Positions 30,220 to 43,494 of a stretch of DNA of 64,000 nt are shown here, piece by piece. The notes beneath the pieces are model-generated. The model was given only the letters and a program-made list of their open reading frames with translations, ran no database searches and was not told the origin of the DNA. The stretch lies in the NCBI GenBank assembly GCA_951406725.2, contig OX597817.1:31806001-31870000 (forward strand), written 5' to 3'. The position numbers and the translations under genes are program-made. The DNA is from Octopus vulgaris (taxonomy: Eukaryota). The stretch's first letter is position 1, and each line of letters begins with the position of its first letter.

Positions 30220-30821
30220 TATAAAATATTATATTATATTGTATTATATTATATTATATTATATTATATTATATCATATTGTATTACATATCGTGTGTAT
30301 GTGTGTGTGAGAAGGAAATATTAACGGATGGAGTCTTGGAGGCGCCGCTGTGACATACATCGGGTCTTGGGCATTTTTTGAACCTGTTGCACCTATCCCC
30401 TTTCCAGGGCGAATCTTCATAGATTTCTTTGAGGCAGAGACAAAAGCACAGAGAGAGAGAGAGAGAGAGAGAGCGGGGGGAGAGAGAGAGCGAGAGAGCG
30501 AGGAGAGAGAGACACACGCACATACACTCACACAGACTGACAGACAGACAGAGAAGGAGAGGTGCGAATGAATGAGAAGAATAATCGACCTCAGTAGTTC
30601 ATTAATCTATTCAGAAATGATGAAGTGCAAAGGTGACTTCGGAAGCATTTGAATCATTGCGCATTGAATGAGCCGGAGCGAATACCACAAACGTGCCTAT
30701 CACGTATATGCGTGTATGTATTTATATATCAGACGGCGATATTACACACACATACACACACGCACACACACTCAAACATATATATATATATGCGCAAACA
30801 CACATGCATATATATGAGGGG

Positions 30822-31139
30822 GAGGAGCACTCCGTCGGTTGCGACAACGAGGGTCCCAGCTGATACGATCAACGGAACAGCCTGCTCGTGAAATTAACGT
30901 GCAAGTGGCTGAGCACTCCACTGACACGAGTACCCTTAACGTAGTTCTCGGGGAAATACAGCGTGACACAGAGTGTGGCAAGGCTGACCCTTTGAAATAC
31001 AAGTACTACTCAGCTGAATGGACTGGAGCAACGTGAAATAAAGTGTCTTGCTCAATGACACAAGGCGCCGCTGGGGATTGAACCCAAGACCTTACGATCA
31101 TGAGCCGAATGTCCCTAACCACTAAGCCACGCGCCTTCA
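30822..31139 (-). mobile_element. SINE family C head/body with tail 2
   Basis: Near-identical architecture to 34859-35176. Confidence 0.85.
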
Positions 31140-31192
31140 CGCATGACTTAGTGCATATATATATATGTGCGATACCCCACAACTCAACTTTG

Positions 31193-31227
<35 letters not shown>

Positions 31228-31262
31228 AGAGAACAAGATGTACGTTACGCCGCAATAATATA

Positions 31263-32087
31263 TGTATAAGAAATATATATAAAAATACAAAATGGGACAA
31301 GAACGTAAAACATTTAGAAGACGATACAAAAAACGGACGGGTCATTCGAAGCCTCTAATCTTCAGTCAAGAACCGGATCATCCTCGCAATTTCGGCTGAT
31401 TAATCTTGAGATCGCTCCGATCCGGCCAGCCCCAAGGAAAAACTAAGCTACGAGCATTAGATTTCTTGAGAAAAGGATCGAATGTATACGAAACAAGGAC
31501 AGAAAAACGGACGATGCCACACGAATATAAATACAAAAAACAATAATATTAATAACAGGACAAAAACAGCGGGTGTCTTACGACTTTAGACAGTTCAACT
31601 TAGCTTAGCTGGCGTATTTGGAAAAAAATGCCTTTGCGGCAGACGAAGAAGACGCCGGTCAACTAGCATTTCGGCTTCTGACCACCACCACGACAACATC
31701 ATTTTCTTCGTCTGCCGCAAAGGCATTTTTTTCCAAATACGCCAGCTAAGCTAAGTTGAACTGTCAAAAGTCGTAAGACACCCGCTGTTTTTGTTCTGTT
31801 ATTACTATTATTGTTTTTTGTATTTATATTCGTGTGGCATCGTCCGTTTTTCTGTCCTTGTTTCGTATACATTCGATCCTTTTTTCCAAGAAATCTAATG
31901 CTCGTAGCTTAGTTTTTCCTTGGGGCTGGCCGGATCGGAGCGATCTTAAGATTAATCAGCCGAAATTGCGCGGATGATCCGGTTCTTGACTGAAGATTAG
32001 AGGCTTCGAATGACCCGTCCGTTTTTTGTGTCGTCTCTTTAAGTGTTTTGCGTTCTTGTTCCATTTTGTATTTTTATTAATATTTTT

Positions 32088-32093
<6 letters not shown>
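31263..32093. repeat. Long inverted repeat (arms ~390 bp, 53-bp spacer) embedded in microsatellite
   Basis: 31263-31650 is the reverse complement of 31704-32093 with few mismatches. Confidence 0.95.
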
Positions 32094-32164
<71 letters not shown>

Positions 32165-32192
32165 GTATATACATACAAGCATATACATAAAC

Positions 32193-32235
<43 letters not shown>

Positions 32236-32919
32236 AACATGACAATGATGACCATGACTGTCTACTCTTGACCGAGGAAGACCACGACTGAGCATTGCCC
32301 ATGCAAAGTGCGAGCAATGTCCGAGCATGAGGTTATTGCACCAGCTGTCAGACTCACCCAGGTTCGCGTCCGTGGCTCCCAATATTGCCAGGGCGTCCTT
32401 CTACTCGATCGGGAATCAGCAAGTCGCCTCGCTGGAAATTGCACAACCTAAAATTTTTAGGTCCAGTAAGGCTTGCACAACACCTGACAGACTCTCCCCA
32501 CTCTACTGTCATGACCCAGAGACAAGCCAGGCCAAGATATCCAGTGCCAACATGGGTCGCTGGCTAAGGAATGACGAAGCGCCATGATCTTAAGCGCAAG
32601 CAAAAGATCCCCCAAAACGTTCAATGCTACACCCTGCGTATCTGGTCTTATATCACATCACCTTCTCCTAGAGACATGCATTAACAAATGCTGAGGGATG
32701 CCACACTTCCAGTAGCCTTCTTGCACTCCAGACACTAACCCGAAAATACTGACGTCTCGCGATAATGCTAGAGTCAGTGAACCCATACTAGGTTCATAAC
32801 TATAGACATACAGGCAGACAGACAGACATACATGCATACATATGCATCTATGTACAATAAGACAGATGGGTGAATACATGTATGAATTCTTGTATGTGTA
32901 TATATCTATGCACTTATGT

Positions 32920-33285
32920 AGGTACGTACGTATGTACGTATATATGTATGATTGTAGGTACGTACGTATGTATGTATGAATGTATGTATGAATGAATGTA
33001 TGGTTGTACGTACGTATGTATATACGTATGTATGTATGATTGTAAGTACGTACGTATGTATGTATGCATGTATGTATGAATGAATGTATGGTTGTACGTA
33101 CGTATGTATGTATGATTGTAAGTACGTACGTATGTATGCATGCATGTATGTATGTATGAATGAATGTATGGTTGTACGTACGTATGTATGTACGTATGTA
33201 TGTATGATTGTAGGCACGTACGTACGTATGTATGCATGTATGTATGAATGAATGTATGGTTGTACGTACGTATGTATGTACGTGT
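32920..33285. repeat. Higher-order minisatellite built from TATG/TACG/AATG tetramers
   Basis: ATGATTGTA...TGAATGAATGTATGGTTGTACGTACG recurs 4 times. Confidence 0.85.
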
Positions 33286-33767
33286 GTAAATATGTGGTTG
33301 TATCCCTGAACCGAGGTTTCATCCTCTCTTTCGACCAACCAAACAAAATCGTGGTTTTGGTTATGGAACCCCCGCTCATCTCCTGTAAATTAAACTTAAT
33401 ATAAGACGGAGCATATTTTTTTAAAGGGATTCATTGGCTTGAGTTTTAATTCCGGATGTTGATGTATCTCAGTTGGTGAGACCTTTCTCACAAGTAGTAG
33501 TAATAGTTACATCTTTGGTGCGTGGAATAAAGTAGCGATTCTATAAACTTTGTAGCTGTTATTCATTGGTTTGGCTTTGTGGTTAAGAGGCTCTCTTTGC
33601 AACCATCAACCTTGCGGTTTTGAAGTCGACCCCACTACACACTTTGTGTGTGTGTGAGTGTGTGTGCGTGTGTGTGCGCGCGCAAGTATACATTATACTA
33701 TAATGCTCTACGCAAATTCAGAACAATTTCATTGTAACAGGAGAAAATATCAGTATAATGCAAAACT

Positions 33768-33852
<85 letters not shown>

Positions 33853-34499
33853 CAGACATATAGGTAGATAGATAGATACCACGACACCATCCTGTTTCTT
33901 AAACTACCTGTCCTTTTTGACATGACCATACGCTTGGTCAGTTGGCTTTGTTTTCTGCTTCTGTTTAACATTTTAAGTTTATTTTCAGTTTGTGGTTTGT
34001 TAACGTTTTATCTCCTTTTTCTACAGATAATCAAGTCCAGAAGGACTACATTCTTTCCTATTAGAGTTAATATAACACATCTTTTCTTGATTACCGAAAA
34101 GCCTTCTATGTATACAAACACTTGTGTCGTTTATGATTTGTATATTTTTACATTGTTATCTTTGCCTTTTCGCTTTATATATTTTCACTTTCACCTCAAT
34201 TTTTCTTTTTTACTGTCTTGTCTAGAGACCCCATCTTTTTTGTATTTATCTTATTCTGTCCTCCATGTTCGCTCATTTATATCCCAGCCACTTTTTGCAG
34301 TCGACACCACCAAATTGAGCAATATTATCAATAAGGTGTCGAAAGTGTGATGATTTTTGGTCGATAACTGATGCGGGGGTGTACGTGTCTCTGTCCTTTG
34401 TATGTGTTTTCTTGTTATTCGCATGTTCCTTCGTCCTATTCCTGTACCATATTTTGCATACGTACACACGTACACGGAGAAGCATGAAGTAAGAGCTGA

Positions 34500-35385
34500 T
34501 AGGGATCTCTCCTCAAAGAGTACTGGTAAATTCTATTTATATCAAAAGAACAAAATTTTTAAATAATTCAGTTCACTGAAAAGATAGTACATAGGTAATT
34601 GGCACGAACAAGAAATCATAAAAGGAATTGATCATAGCAAAAGCTTGCCATAGAGTACCGACAAGTTTATGACATCCCACCTCGAAGGATATCCCCATGT
34701 AATTAAGAACAAGAAATCCCCACCTTGTACTTACAGCATAAAAAGCATAAAACATTGACAGAAAACAAATGTAGGCTGTGAAAAACCAAAAACTGAAGAC
34801 ACCAAACACATTATTGCCAACTGAAAGAGATTGTCTTCTACCCATGAGGTATGAAGTGAGGGCGCGTGGCTTAGTGGTTAGGGCATTCGGCTCATGATCG
34901 TAAGGTTGTGAGTTCGATTCCCGGCGACGCGTTGTGTCCTTGAGCAAGACACTTTATTTCACGTTGCTCCAGTCCACTCAGCTGGCAAAAATGAGTTGTA
35001 CTTGTATTTCAAAGGGTCAGCCTTGTCACTCTCTGTGTCACGCTGATTATCCCCGAGAACTACGTTAAGGGTACACGTGTCCGTGGAATGCTCAGCCATT
35101 TGCACGTTAATTTCACGAGCAAGCTGTTCCGTTGATCGTATCAGCTGGGACCCTCGTCGTCGTAACCGGCGGAGTCTTCTTCATGATGTGATGACCAGAA
35201 TAGTCTGGAAGAGGATAACAAAAACAAAATACCAACAGACGATGCAGACTAAATTGAGAGCAATATCTCCAAAGAATATTGGTGAAACTTAAATATCAAA
35301 ACATCCACCAAGTAAAGACATCACCGGTCAGCTATTATTATGGGACCCAAAGGAAAAGATGTGCTCTGTTGTTGAAATCAAATGA
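34500..35385 (+). mobile_element. Highly decayed RLE-type (R4/NeSL-like) LINE fragment interrupted by a SINE
   Basis: EQEIPTLYL, KCRL*K..TEDTKHIIAN, LPMRY, KEYW*NLNIKTSTK, WDPKEKMCSVVEI. Confidence 0.6.
34859..35176 (+). mobile_element. SINE family C head/body with tail 2
   Basis: A box GGCTTAGTGG, B box GAGTTCGATTCC, TGTGTCCTTGAGCAAGACACTTT. Confidence 0.88.
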
Positions 35386-36027
35386 TCACGATATCTGGGA
35401 TTATGTAAATCTGCAGGACCTTTTTAAGTTTTAAAGGGTGATAACCAAAACAAAATGCTTTCATTCACAACCTTGGTACCAAACAGGTGGGTGGTCAAAA
35501 TTAACTCTAAATCATAAAGAGCAAATAACATATGCACGCACATATACATACATATATACATACATACATCTTAGAGTGTTAATGCATTGGAAATATATCT
35601 ATTCCATACCTTCGGGTTCGTAGTGTCTGTATGTTATCGTGGCTCAGTAATATTAAGTTTGGGGAGCATATAGATAAATGAACAAACTACTGGCCAATAC
35701 CAATACTTTTAGTAAATAGCATAGCACCAAGTGGAAATCAGTAGATTCAGTTGCCTGTGGGAGATGTGTCAAACAGAATTTTCTGATTTATTATTATTTT
35801 TATTTGTTTCGCAAGATTATTAACGTCGAATCGGGGTATTAAAACAGACGCTGTTGAATCTTCAGGAGGTAATTTTACAAATAACCAACGCATGCAATCC
35901 GCGTGTTTTTCAAAGGCACAGTGGTCTTCAGAAATTACGAAACTTTCTGATTTCAAAATTTGGTTGCGTGGTGTCAGTAAGCCAGAGCCTATTATCTTTT
36001 TCGGATTCTACACTATGCCCAGCATCT

Positions 36028-36257
36028 TTTCTTTCTTTCTTTTATTTGTTTCAGTCATTTGGCAGCGGCTATGCTGGAGCACTGCCTTTAGTCGAACAAA
36101 TCAACTCCAGTACTTATTCTATCGGTCTTTTGCCGATCCGCTAAGTTACGGGGACGTGAACACACCAACATCGGTTGTCAAGCGATGGTAGGGTACGAAC
36201 ACAGACACACAAACACACACACACACACACGTATATGATATATATATATATACATAC

Positions 36258-36346
<89 letters not shown>

Positions 36347-36498
36347 CGACGGGTTTCTTTTAGTTTCCGTCTATCAAATCTACTCACAAGGTTTTGGTCC
36401 GCCCGAGGCTATAGTTGAAGACACTTGCCCAAGGTGGGTGCCACGCAGTGGGACTGAATCCGGAACCATGTGGTTGGTTAGCAAGCTACTTACCACTA
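36028..36498 (-). mobile_element. SINE family A copy
   Basis: Homology to family A. Confidence 0.85.
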
Positions 36499-36827
36499 TA
36501 TAACATTTCCAGATGTTACTGAGATTGAAATGCCTTTTCGCCAAAGCAATTGTGGAATCGGCTACTTAGTGGTGTTCAGAGTATTTTTTAAAACTGATTG
36601 CTGAGCTCCATACGATGTGGATGAGATCTTTTACAAGATAACTTCAATGTTTATTGCATTAATTTTTGTTATTATTGAAATGAATAGTTTCAGTTATTCA
36701 CAGTTTTAATGTTCTTTTACGCTGAATTGGTGACACTATGGAACACCAACTATGGAAATAATGTATGCGTCTTTCTCTGAAAGCAGTTCAAATCCTTGTC
36801 CTTTATTTTTTTTTTTCGCCCTTTTCA

Positions 36828-37150
36828 AGCCAAGCCAGGCTCATGGGCCCGGTTTCCCGGTTTCTGTGGCATATGTGTTCCCCCCAGCTGGACGCGACAC
36901 CGGTCCATTGCAGCGTTACTCAAAAAACAGGAAGAGAGAAGGAGAGAAAGTTGTGGCGAAAGAGTACAACAGAGGTCGCCACCACCCCATGCCGGAGCCT
37001 CGTGGAGCTTTTAGACGTTTTTGCTCAATAAATACACAACAATGTCCGGTCTGGGAATCGAAACCGCTATCCTCCGACCGCAAGTTCGCTATCCTCCGAC
37101 CGCAAGTCCGCTATCCTCCGACCGCAAGTCCGCTGCCCTAACCACTGGGC
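36828..37150 (-). mobile_element. SINE family D head/body with tail 3; 22-bp triplication in head
   Basis: Head/body match 10500-10683; CGCTATCCTCCGACCGCAAGT(T/C) x3 at 37065-37130. Confidence 0.82.
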
Positions 37151-37730
37151 CTGTCTTTTATTTACTTCCTTTTATCCAGAGTTGTAAAATAAGCAATAAT
37201 AAAATATTAGATGATTTTTAATCGACTATGCAAATCATCTCATTAAAAGATGGTTTGTGTTAAAGTAATCAATCAATTGTAATAAGTTTCCACTGTTAAT
37301 ATCGGTGAACCGTGCCTCCACATGATACCTATTTGCAAATAAATGTACTTGGTTAGAAACTCGCAAACACAACGTAACAACTTATCGACATGCTCTATAG
37401 CAACTTTCACATATGTAAATAATACAACTAAAAGCTACTAATCTATCAATTATATTTAATCTATAGATGTATGCATATGTGCAAATATGCTTAAGAGAGT
37501 TCGTCAAAGTTGCAAGAACGTATTCATTCCGGTGATTGTCTAGGTGTCATAATACGCATCACTGTGATTCTGTGGTGTAATCTTTAAACAGAGATGAGGT
37601 GTCTGGCACCACGTTGGCTGCAGGAGGTGCCAGAAGGAAGTAATCAGGTAACACCAACCCGCCTTAATGAGGTTTCGTATCGCTATCGCTATCAATTCGA
37701 CACAGAGACATACACTCATGTACATGCCCA

Positions 37731-37792
<62 letters not shown>

Positions 37793-37898
37793 CACATACA
37801 TACATATATATAAATATATATGTGGTTTACTGTATGCATGGATATAGGTAACGTATGTACGTATGTAAATATTTTCAAGCCCGTTGCAGACATGCTCC

Positions 37899-37963
<65 letters not shown>

Positions 37964-37964
37964 C

Positions 37965-38047
<83 letters not shown>

Positions 38048-40144
38048 ATACATATATACATACATTTATATATATGTATAGATAGATATACACACATATA
38101 TACACACATACATATATAACATGTATATGCATACATATATATCTGTCAATCTCCCTCTCTATCTCTGTCTGTCTGTCTCTCTCTCTCATATATATATACA
38201 TGTATGGAGAAAGAGAAAGAGAGAGAGGAGGGGAGGGAGAGAGGGAGATGGAAAGAGAGACAGAGAGCGCGAGAGAAAGAAGCGAAAATATAACAAAAGC
38301 ACAGGTGTGTAAAATGACTCATGGTGTTTTTGTCTACCTGTCTATAATCAGTTTAAAGAAATATGATGCCTAAAAGAAGAAACAGAAACACATAACATCA
38401 AATTGGGTACCTAAAAAGAAAGTGTCCACTTGTTATAGATTCTCGTTGACTATTCACAAATTAATTGTTGTCTAATATTGACATAGCGCCTTATATTTTT
38501 GGGTCGGGTACTGTTAATTACATGCATAAAATGAGCACAAATAGGGTTTATTTTTTAAGATATATATATAAGGGGATTGATGTGGATGTGAGTATGGAGA
38601 TAAAAGTAAGATTAAGTTTAAGAGATAGGCAGGAGTAAATATGGTAAAACTAGTGTATTCGGTAAAGGGAGATAATTATGAAAGAAGCGTTTGAGTGGAG
38701 AGTTAACATTCAAACAGTACTGACTGGGTTGTGTTGAAGGCAAAAAGATAAAATACCCTTAGGTTGGGTTGACAGCAGTTTTATTTCGTTGTATCCACTT
38801 CTTTTGTCGATTTAGCATAAGATTCTCCCAGCGAAGCTTGATTTCACTGAAAATTTATCTTCTTGGTGGATTTATAATGTTCGTGGTAAATGGTGTGCTA
38901 TCAATCTGATTATAGTTTAAGAGTGATGAATGTAGGTTACACATAGATAGACAAGGTCCAGTGTGTTGAAGCTTAGAGGATGAATTTCTAACTAAGTGTT
39001 TTGTGCACTGTTGTAGGAGATCAAGTAACATTGTAAAGATGAAAAAAGAAAACGTGAGTGAGTGGGAGTGCTGATGTTTATCCCCCAAGTAAATCCCAGA
39101 ACAAGTAAATCTATGAATAATTGCGTTCCAACCTGACTACCACTACATTATCCAATATGCCATTTCTTTTTTAAGAGAGTAGAGTGATGTTTAGTAGTGG
39201 AACAACCACGCTGAGTGGTTGTTCAAACAACCATTTGATGAGGCATGATTTGTTAGTTTACAGAAGTAATTAACGTGGTAGTAATGGTACAAGAAAAATA
39301 GAGGAAGCCGTGTGTCATTGTGATAGGGCATGTTAAATGCTTAGAAAACCTTTCAATATAGCGGATTGGCTGGCTTTTCAACTTTGGAGTCTGCCTAATA
39401 TGCTCAGGGGTGAAATAACTATTCCATTCCAGGTATGTAAAAAATACACACACTGGTACATTGCATAGGATCGGTAGGTGTTTAGAAATAAAATTGTCTC
39501 TTATGAAGAAGTTATCAAAAGTTGTTCCGTCTTTTAAAGACTTATCAGTGATCGTTTACCGCCCCTTTGAACTAATGCAGTTTTGTTTTTCTTTTAATTA
39601 AACTTCTGACGGTTGAGATGGTGAGATAAACGATCCCTGAAAACTCTTAAGAAAGACGAATCCAGCCCGATAATACTCAATCTCAACGGCTGAGCTACTA
39701 TGGTTTACACACATATGATTTTCCCAATGAAAATAGATATGTTAATGAAAAGCATTATATATAATTCCTATATATTTATTCATGTGCATATCTACAGTAG
39801 AGAGCTGCAACATTTTTAAGAACCTCGTTTTTTTTATTTTTGAATGTAGTCATTTTGACCACGGATTCTGTACGTGTAGACATAAATATCGTTACTGTCA
39901 CTTTTTATTAATTTAATATCTAAAGAACTTAAACATTTTAACATACTCTATTATTACTTAATATTTTGTAATAATTTTTAAAAGGTTGTCATTTGAAATA
40001 TACGAACTCCCGTATCTAACGCAGATTGGTAATTTCTTAATCACGGCTAGATATGTGGTAGCATCTTTCAGAAACTTGGTGGTTTCCTCAACAAATTCCT
40101 AATTAAAACGCGTGGTTGAGTTGTTAAATTTCTGTTTCGGCAGT

Positions 40145-40283
<139 letters not shown>

Positions 40284-40559
40284 CTACATTGAAAACATTT
40301 AAATCACTTTCAACTTCAAAGTTTTATTTGATTTTTGCAACTTTCCCCTTCGGGTTTCCCAGGGACTCCAAATTTTTCGTTGTTTCTTGAAGTGGGATCC
40401 AAAACATCTAATAACTAAGCAATTTTAGGCATATTATTAGCATAACCTCAATTACCATAAAAAGAAATGCGTTCCTCGCTTAAAGATCAACCTTCAATTT
40501 TTCAAGTTATTACTTTTTCTTATAGCATTGATTTAAATCTCGTTTTCTTCAAACTCCAG

Positions 40560-40668
40560 GAGCACTCCGTCGGTTACGATGACGTGGGTCCCAGCTGATA
40601 CGATCAACGGAACAGCTTGCTTGTGAAATTAACGTGCAAGTGGCTGAGCACTTCACAGACACGTGTCC
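40560..40668 (-). mobile_element. Isolated SINE/LINE tail-2 fragment
   Basis: Matches 30822-30930. Confidence 0.8.
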
Positions 40669-41624
40669 GTAATATAAAGTATTATATAAACATTATATTC
40701 AAACAATGGAATACATTTTTATACTATAAGGATGAGGAGAAGTCTTACGTTTTGAAACTTATCCTTCTTTGTGGAAAGTTTTAAAAACAATGGTCCTTAG
40801 TACAAAGGCGCAAAACAACTTTGTTAGCTGTTATTAGCCTAGCTTCTTTTTAAAGAAGACACATTTAAATCATCTGCTAAGCTTGCCTGCCGTCCAAGTG
40901 AGCGGATGTGAAATAGTACATTGTTTGTCCAGCTGATGGGCTTAGAGAGAAGAACGCTGTGTCAACGCAGCTTCCTCTACAAGGTCATGCCAGTCAAGCG
41001 TGACTAACATGAAATCAATTACAATCACAGATCCATAAAGCACAACTTGCATACTAAGAAGGTTTAATGTGGTTTTGTTTCCGGAAGATTTGGTGTTTAT
41101 TGACATAGACATTTATAAATACCTTTAAAGTGGTTCTAATAAGGGAATGCATAGACACGGGAATCTGTGTCAATTTTTGTTGACATTTACGAGTATTATT
41201 TTCCTTTTCACTTTTTTAAGTTCATTCTAACGTTTACAAGAATTTTATTGCGGCCATACTGGAGCACATCATTCAAGAGTTTTAGACGATCAAATTATTA
41301 CATATATTGTTCTATATAGTTTTCAACCTAACATCTACACGCTATTATTTATATCACAAACATGTTTACTCTCCAGCCTTCTTCGGGTGTCTTGGGGTAT
41401 TTTCAAACCTAGGTTCTCATTCCTAAGGTATTTTTCGATGTTGTTGTTGTTGTTATTATTATTATTATTATTACTTTTTTTTTTCTTCTTTCAAATTTTC
41501 TTCCATTTCTTGCCGAGTGTCTTCCCGACTCCTAGGGCAAAGAAACTCATAGTGTATATTGGTAGGCCATTAAACCAAACTCAGTAGTTCGTTCATATTA
41601 TTATTTTATTATTATTATTATTAT

Positions 41625-42175
41625 TGAGTGAGAGAGCAGTTCATGCCATCAAAGTGACACTGGGGTAAAATATACGAAGCCCAATATACCCATCATGACT
41701 ACCCGTCTGATAAAGGTACACCAGGCACATGCATCACAACCATATGTGCGCGACATGGTGATCTCATATCAAGATAAACAGCACATGACCTTGCAGGTGG
41801 GGCCCAGTTAGAATTTTCTTCAGGTTGAGTAGCCCATCCTGCTCAAACGGTCCCTGAATAAGGGTTGCTTTAGGATGTTGAACGAAACACCTATGTTTCC
41901 AGAGGTGAACCATTCAAACTCCAAAGAATCCCTCTCAACACATGGCCATATGCTCCCCCATTTCTGCTCGTGATCAGAGATGCACATATCGTCAGCCACT
42001 AAGGGACATGCTCAACTGGTTAAGGTCAAACAACTGACAAGCAAATCTGTGGTATTGAGCAGAATATTTGCTGTAGCCCATCTTTTATACCAAGACAAAA
42101 CAATGTACATGATAACACTTCCAATCAGTTAAGATCAGAAGCCATGAGAGCCACTGCCTGGTACTGCATCAGGGC

Positions 42176-42176
<1 letters not shown>
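41625..42176. mobile_element. Unclassified ~550-bp (TAA)n-associated element, copy 1
   Basis: TGAGTGAGAGAGCAGT...GTACTGCATCAGGGCA between ATT tracts; copies at 53803 and 58269. Confidence 0.85.
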
Positions 42177-42231
<55 letters not shown>

Positions 42232-42234
<3 letters not shown>

Positions 42235-42389
42235 GTTTGACTTTTGCTTTACATTTGTACAAGTTGGATCCAAGTCTCACCCAGAGACCTCAAGAGACAA
42301 CAGGCTGGAAGTTCATGTTGTTATGCCTAGCGTGCCATATATTTCGTTTTGTATTTAGTGTTGTACAAGTGAATGTCTAAAAAAAAACA

Positions 42390-42390
<1 letters not shown>
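42232..42390 (-). mobile_element. R4/Dong LINE 3' UTR fragment
   Basis: Matches the 3' UTR at 55453-55590; flanked by (ATT)n on both sides. Confidence 0.85.
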
Positions 42391-42464
<74 letters not shown>

Positions 42465-42472
42465 TATTATCA

Positions 42473-42532
<60 letters not shown>

Positions 42533-42590
42533 TGGGCTACTAACCACTACGTCATATGCCCGAGGGCAATTATAGAGTGAATTTTAGTGC

Positions 42591-42997
42591 TTATAAATCT
42601 AATATTTTCATATCCGTCCTTAATACGGGTTCCCATATGCTGCTCATATCTGCACTCAGTCTGCTTAGGAGGTTGTAGTGTCCTAGCATATGTGCTGCTT
42701 CTTTTAGTTTTTGTATTTTCCAGTGGTGTTCTCTGTTTATTATTTTAACTTCATCCCACAGGGGGAGGTGGTCTCCATTTATTCATACATGATCAGCTAT
42801 ACCCGATTTATCAATATCTCCTCGTGTCACAGCTTTGCGATGTTCCTCTACCATTATTTTGTAGGGGTGGCATATTTCGCCTTTGTATAACCTACCACAG
42901 TTGCATGGGATGGAGTACACGCAGTTTTTGGTCATATTCTCTTCTATTGGTGGTTTACTCGAAAGAGATATTTGCGAAGTGCTGTATTACTCTTGAA
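42591..42997 (-). pseudogene. GIY-YIG endonuclease domain of a Penelope-like retrotransposon (one frameshift, one stop)
   Basis: Manual translation: TKNCVYSIPCNCGRLYKGEICHPYKIMVEEHRKAVTRGDIDKSGIADHV*...PLWDEVKIINREHHWKIQKLKEAAHM. Confidence 0.88.
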
Positions 42998-43040
42998 TTA
43001 TAAGCCCTAAAATTCACTCCATAATTGCCCACAGGTATAT

Positions 43041-43268
43041 ATTTCTTTACTACCCACAAGGGGCTAAACACAGAGGGGACAAACAAGGACAGACAAACGG
43101 ATTAAGTCGATTATATCGACCCCAGTGCGTAACTGGTACTTAATTTATCGACCCCGAAAGGATGAAAGGCAAAGTCGACCTCGGCGGAGTTTGAACTCAG
43201 AACGTAACGGCAGGCGAAATACGGATACGCATTTCGCCCCGCGTGCTAACGTTTCTGCCAGCTCGCCG
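43041..43268 (-). mobile_element. SINE family B monomer (tail A) inserted in the Penelope pLTR
   Basis: 9-bp TSD CAGGTATAT at 43032-43040 and 43269-43277. Confidence 0.9.
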
Positions 43269-43415
43269 CAGGTATATGGTGTAGTGGTTAAGAGAGCGTG
43301 CTACAAACCCCAAGATTACGAGTTCGATTGCAGGCAGTTACATGAATAATAATTATAATAATAATAAAATTGAAAATACCTTAGGAATCAAAACCCAGGT
43401 TCGAATTTTCCCCAA

Positions 43416-43462
43416 GACACCTAATGAAGGTTGGAAGGGTATATCAGCCGAAACGTTGTGTT
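43416..43462 (+). ncRNA. Minimal hammerhead ribozyme of the Penelope pLTR (core G5A, probably inactive)
   Basis: GACAC-CTAATGA-A-GGTTG...CAGCC-GAAA-CG-TT-GTGTT. Confidence 0.7.
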
Positions 43463-43494
43463 AACATGATGAGGACAAATATTCGTCAATTGTA

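Noticed and set aside
30310-30430. Short complex segment as a possible exon
   Set aside because: No convincing splice-site pair or protein similarity.
31920-32020. Hammerhead inside the large foldback arm
   Set aside because: GGCTG/CAGCC-GAAA and CTGAAGA are present but could not be assembled into a consistent three-stem core.
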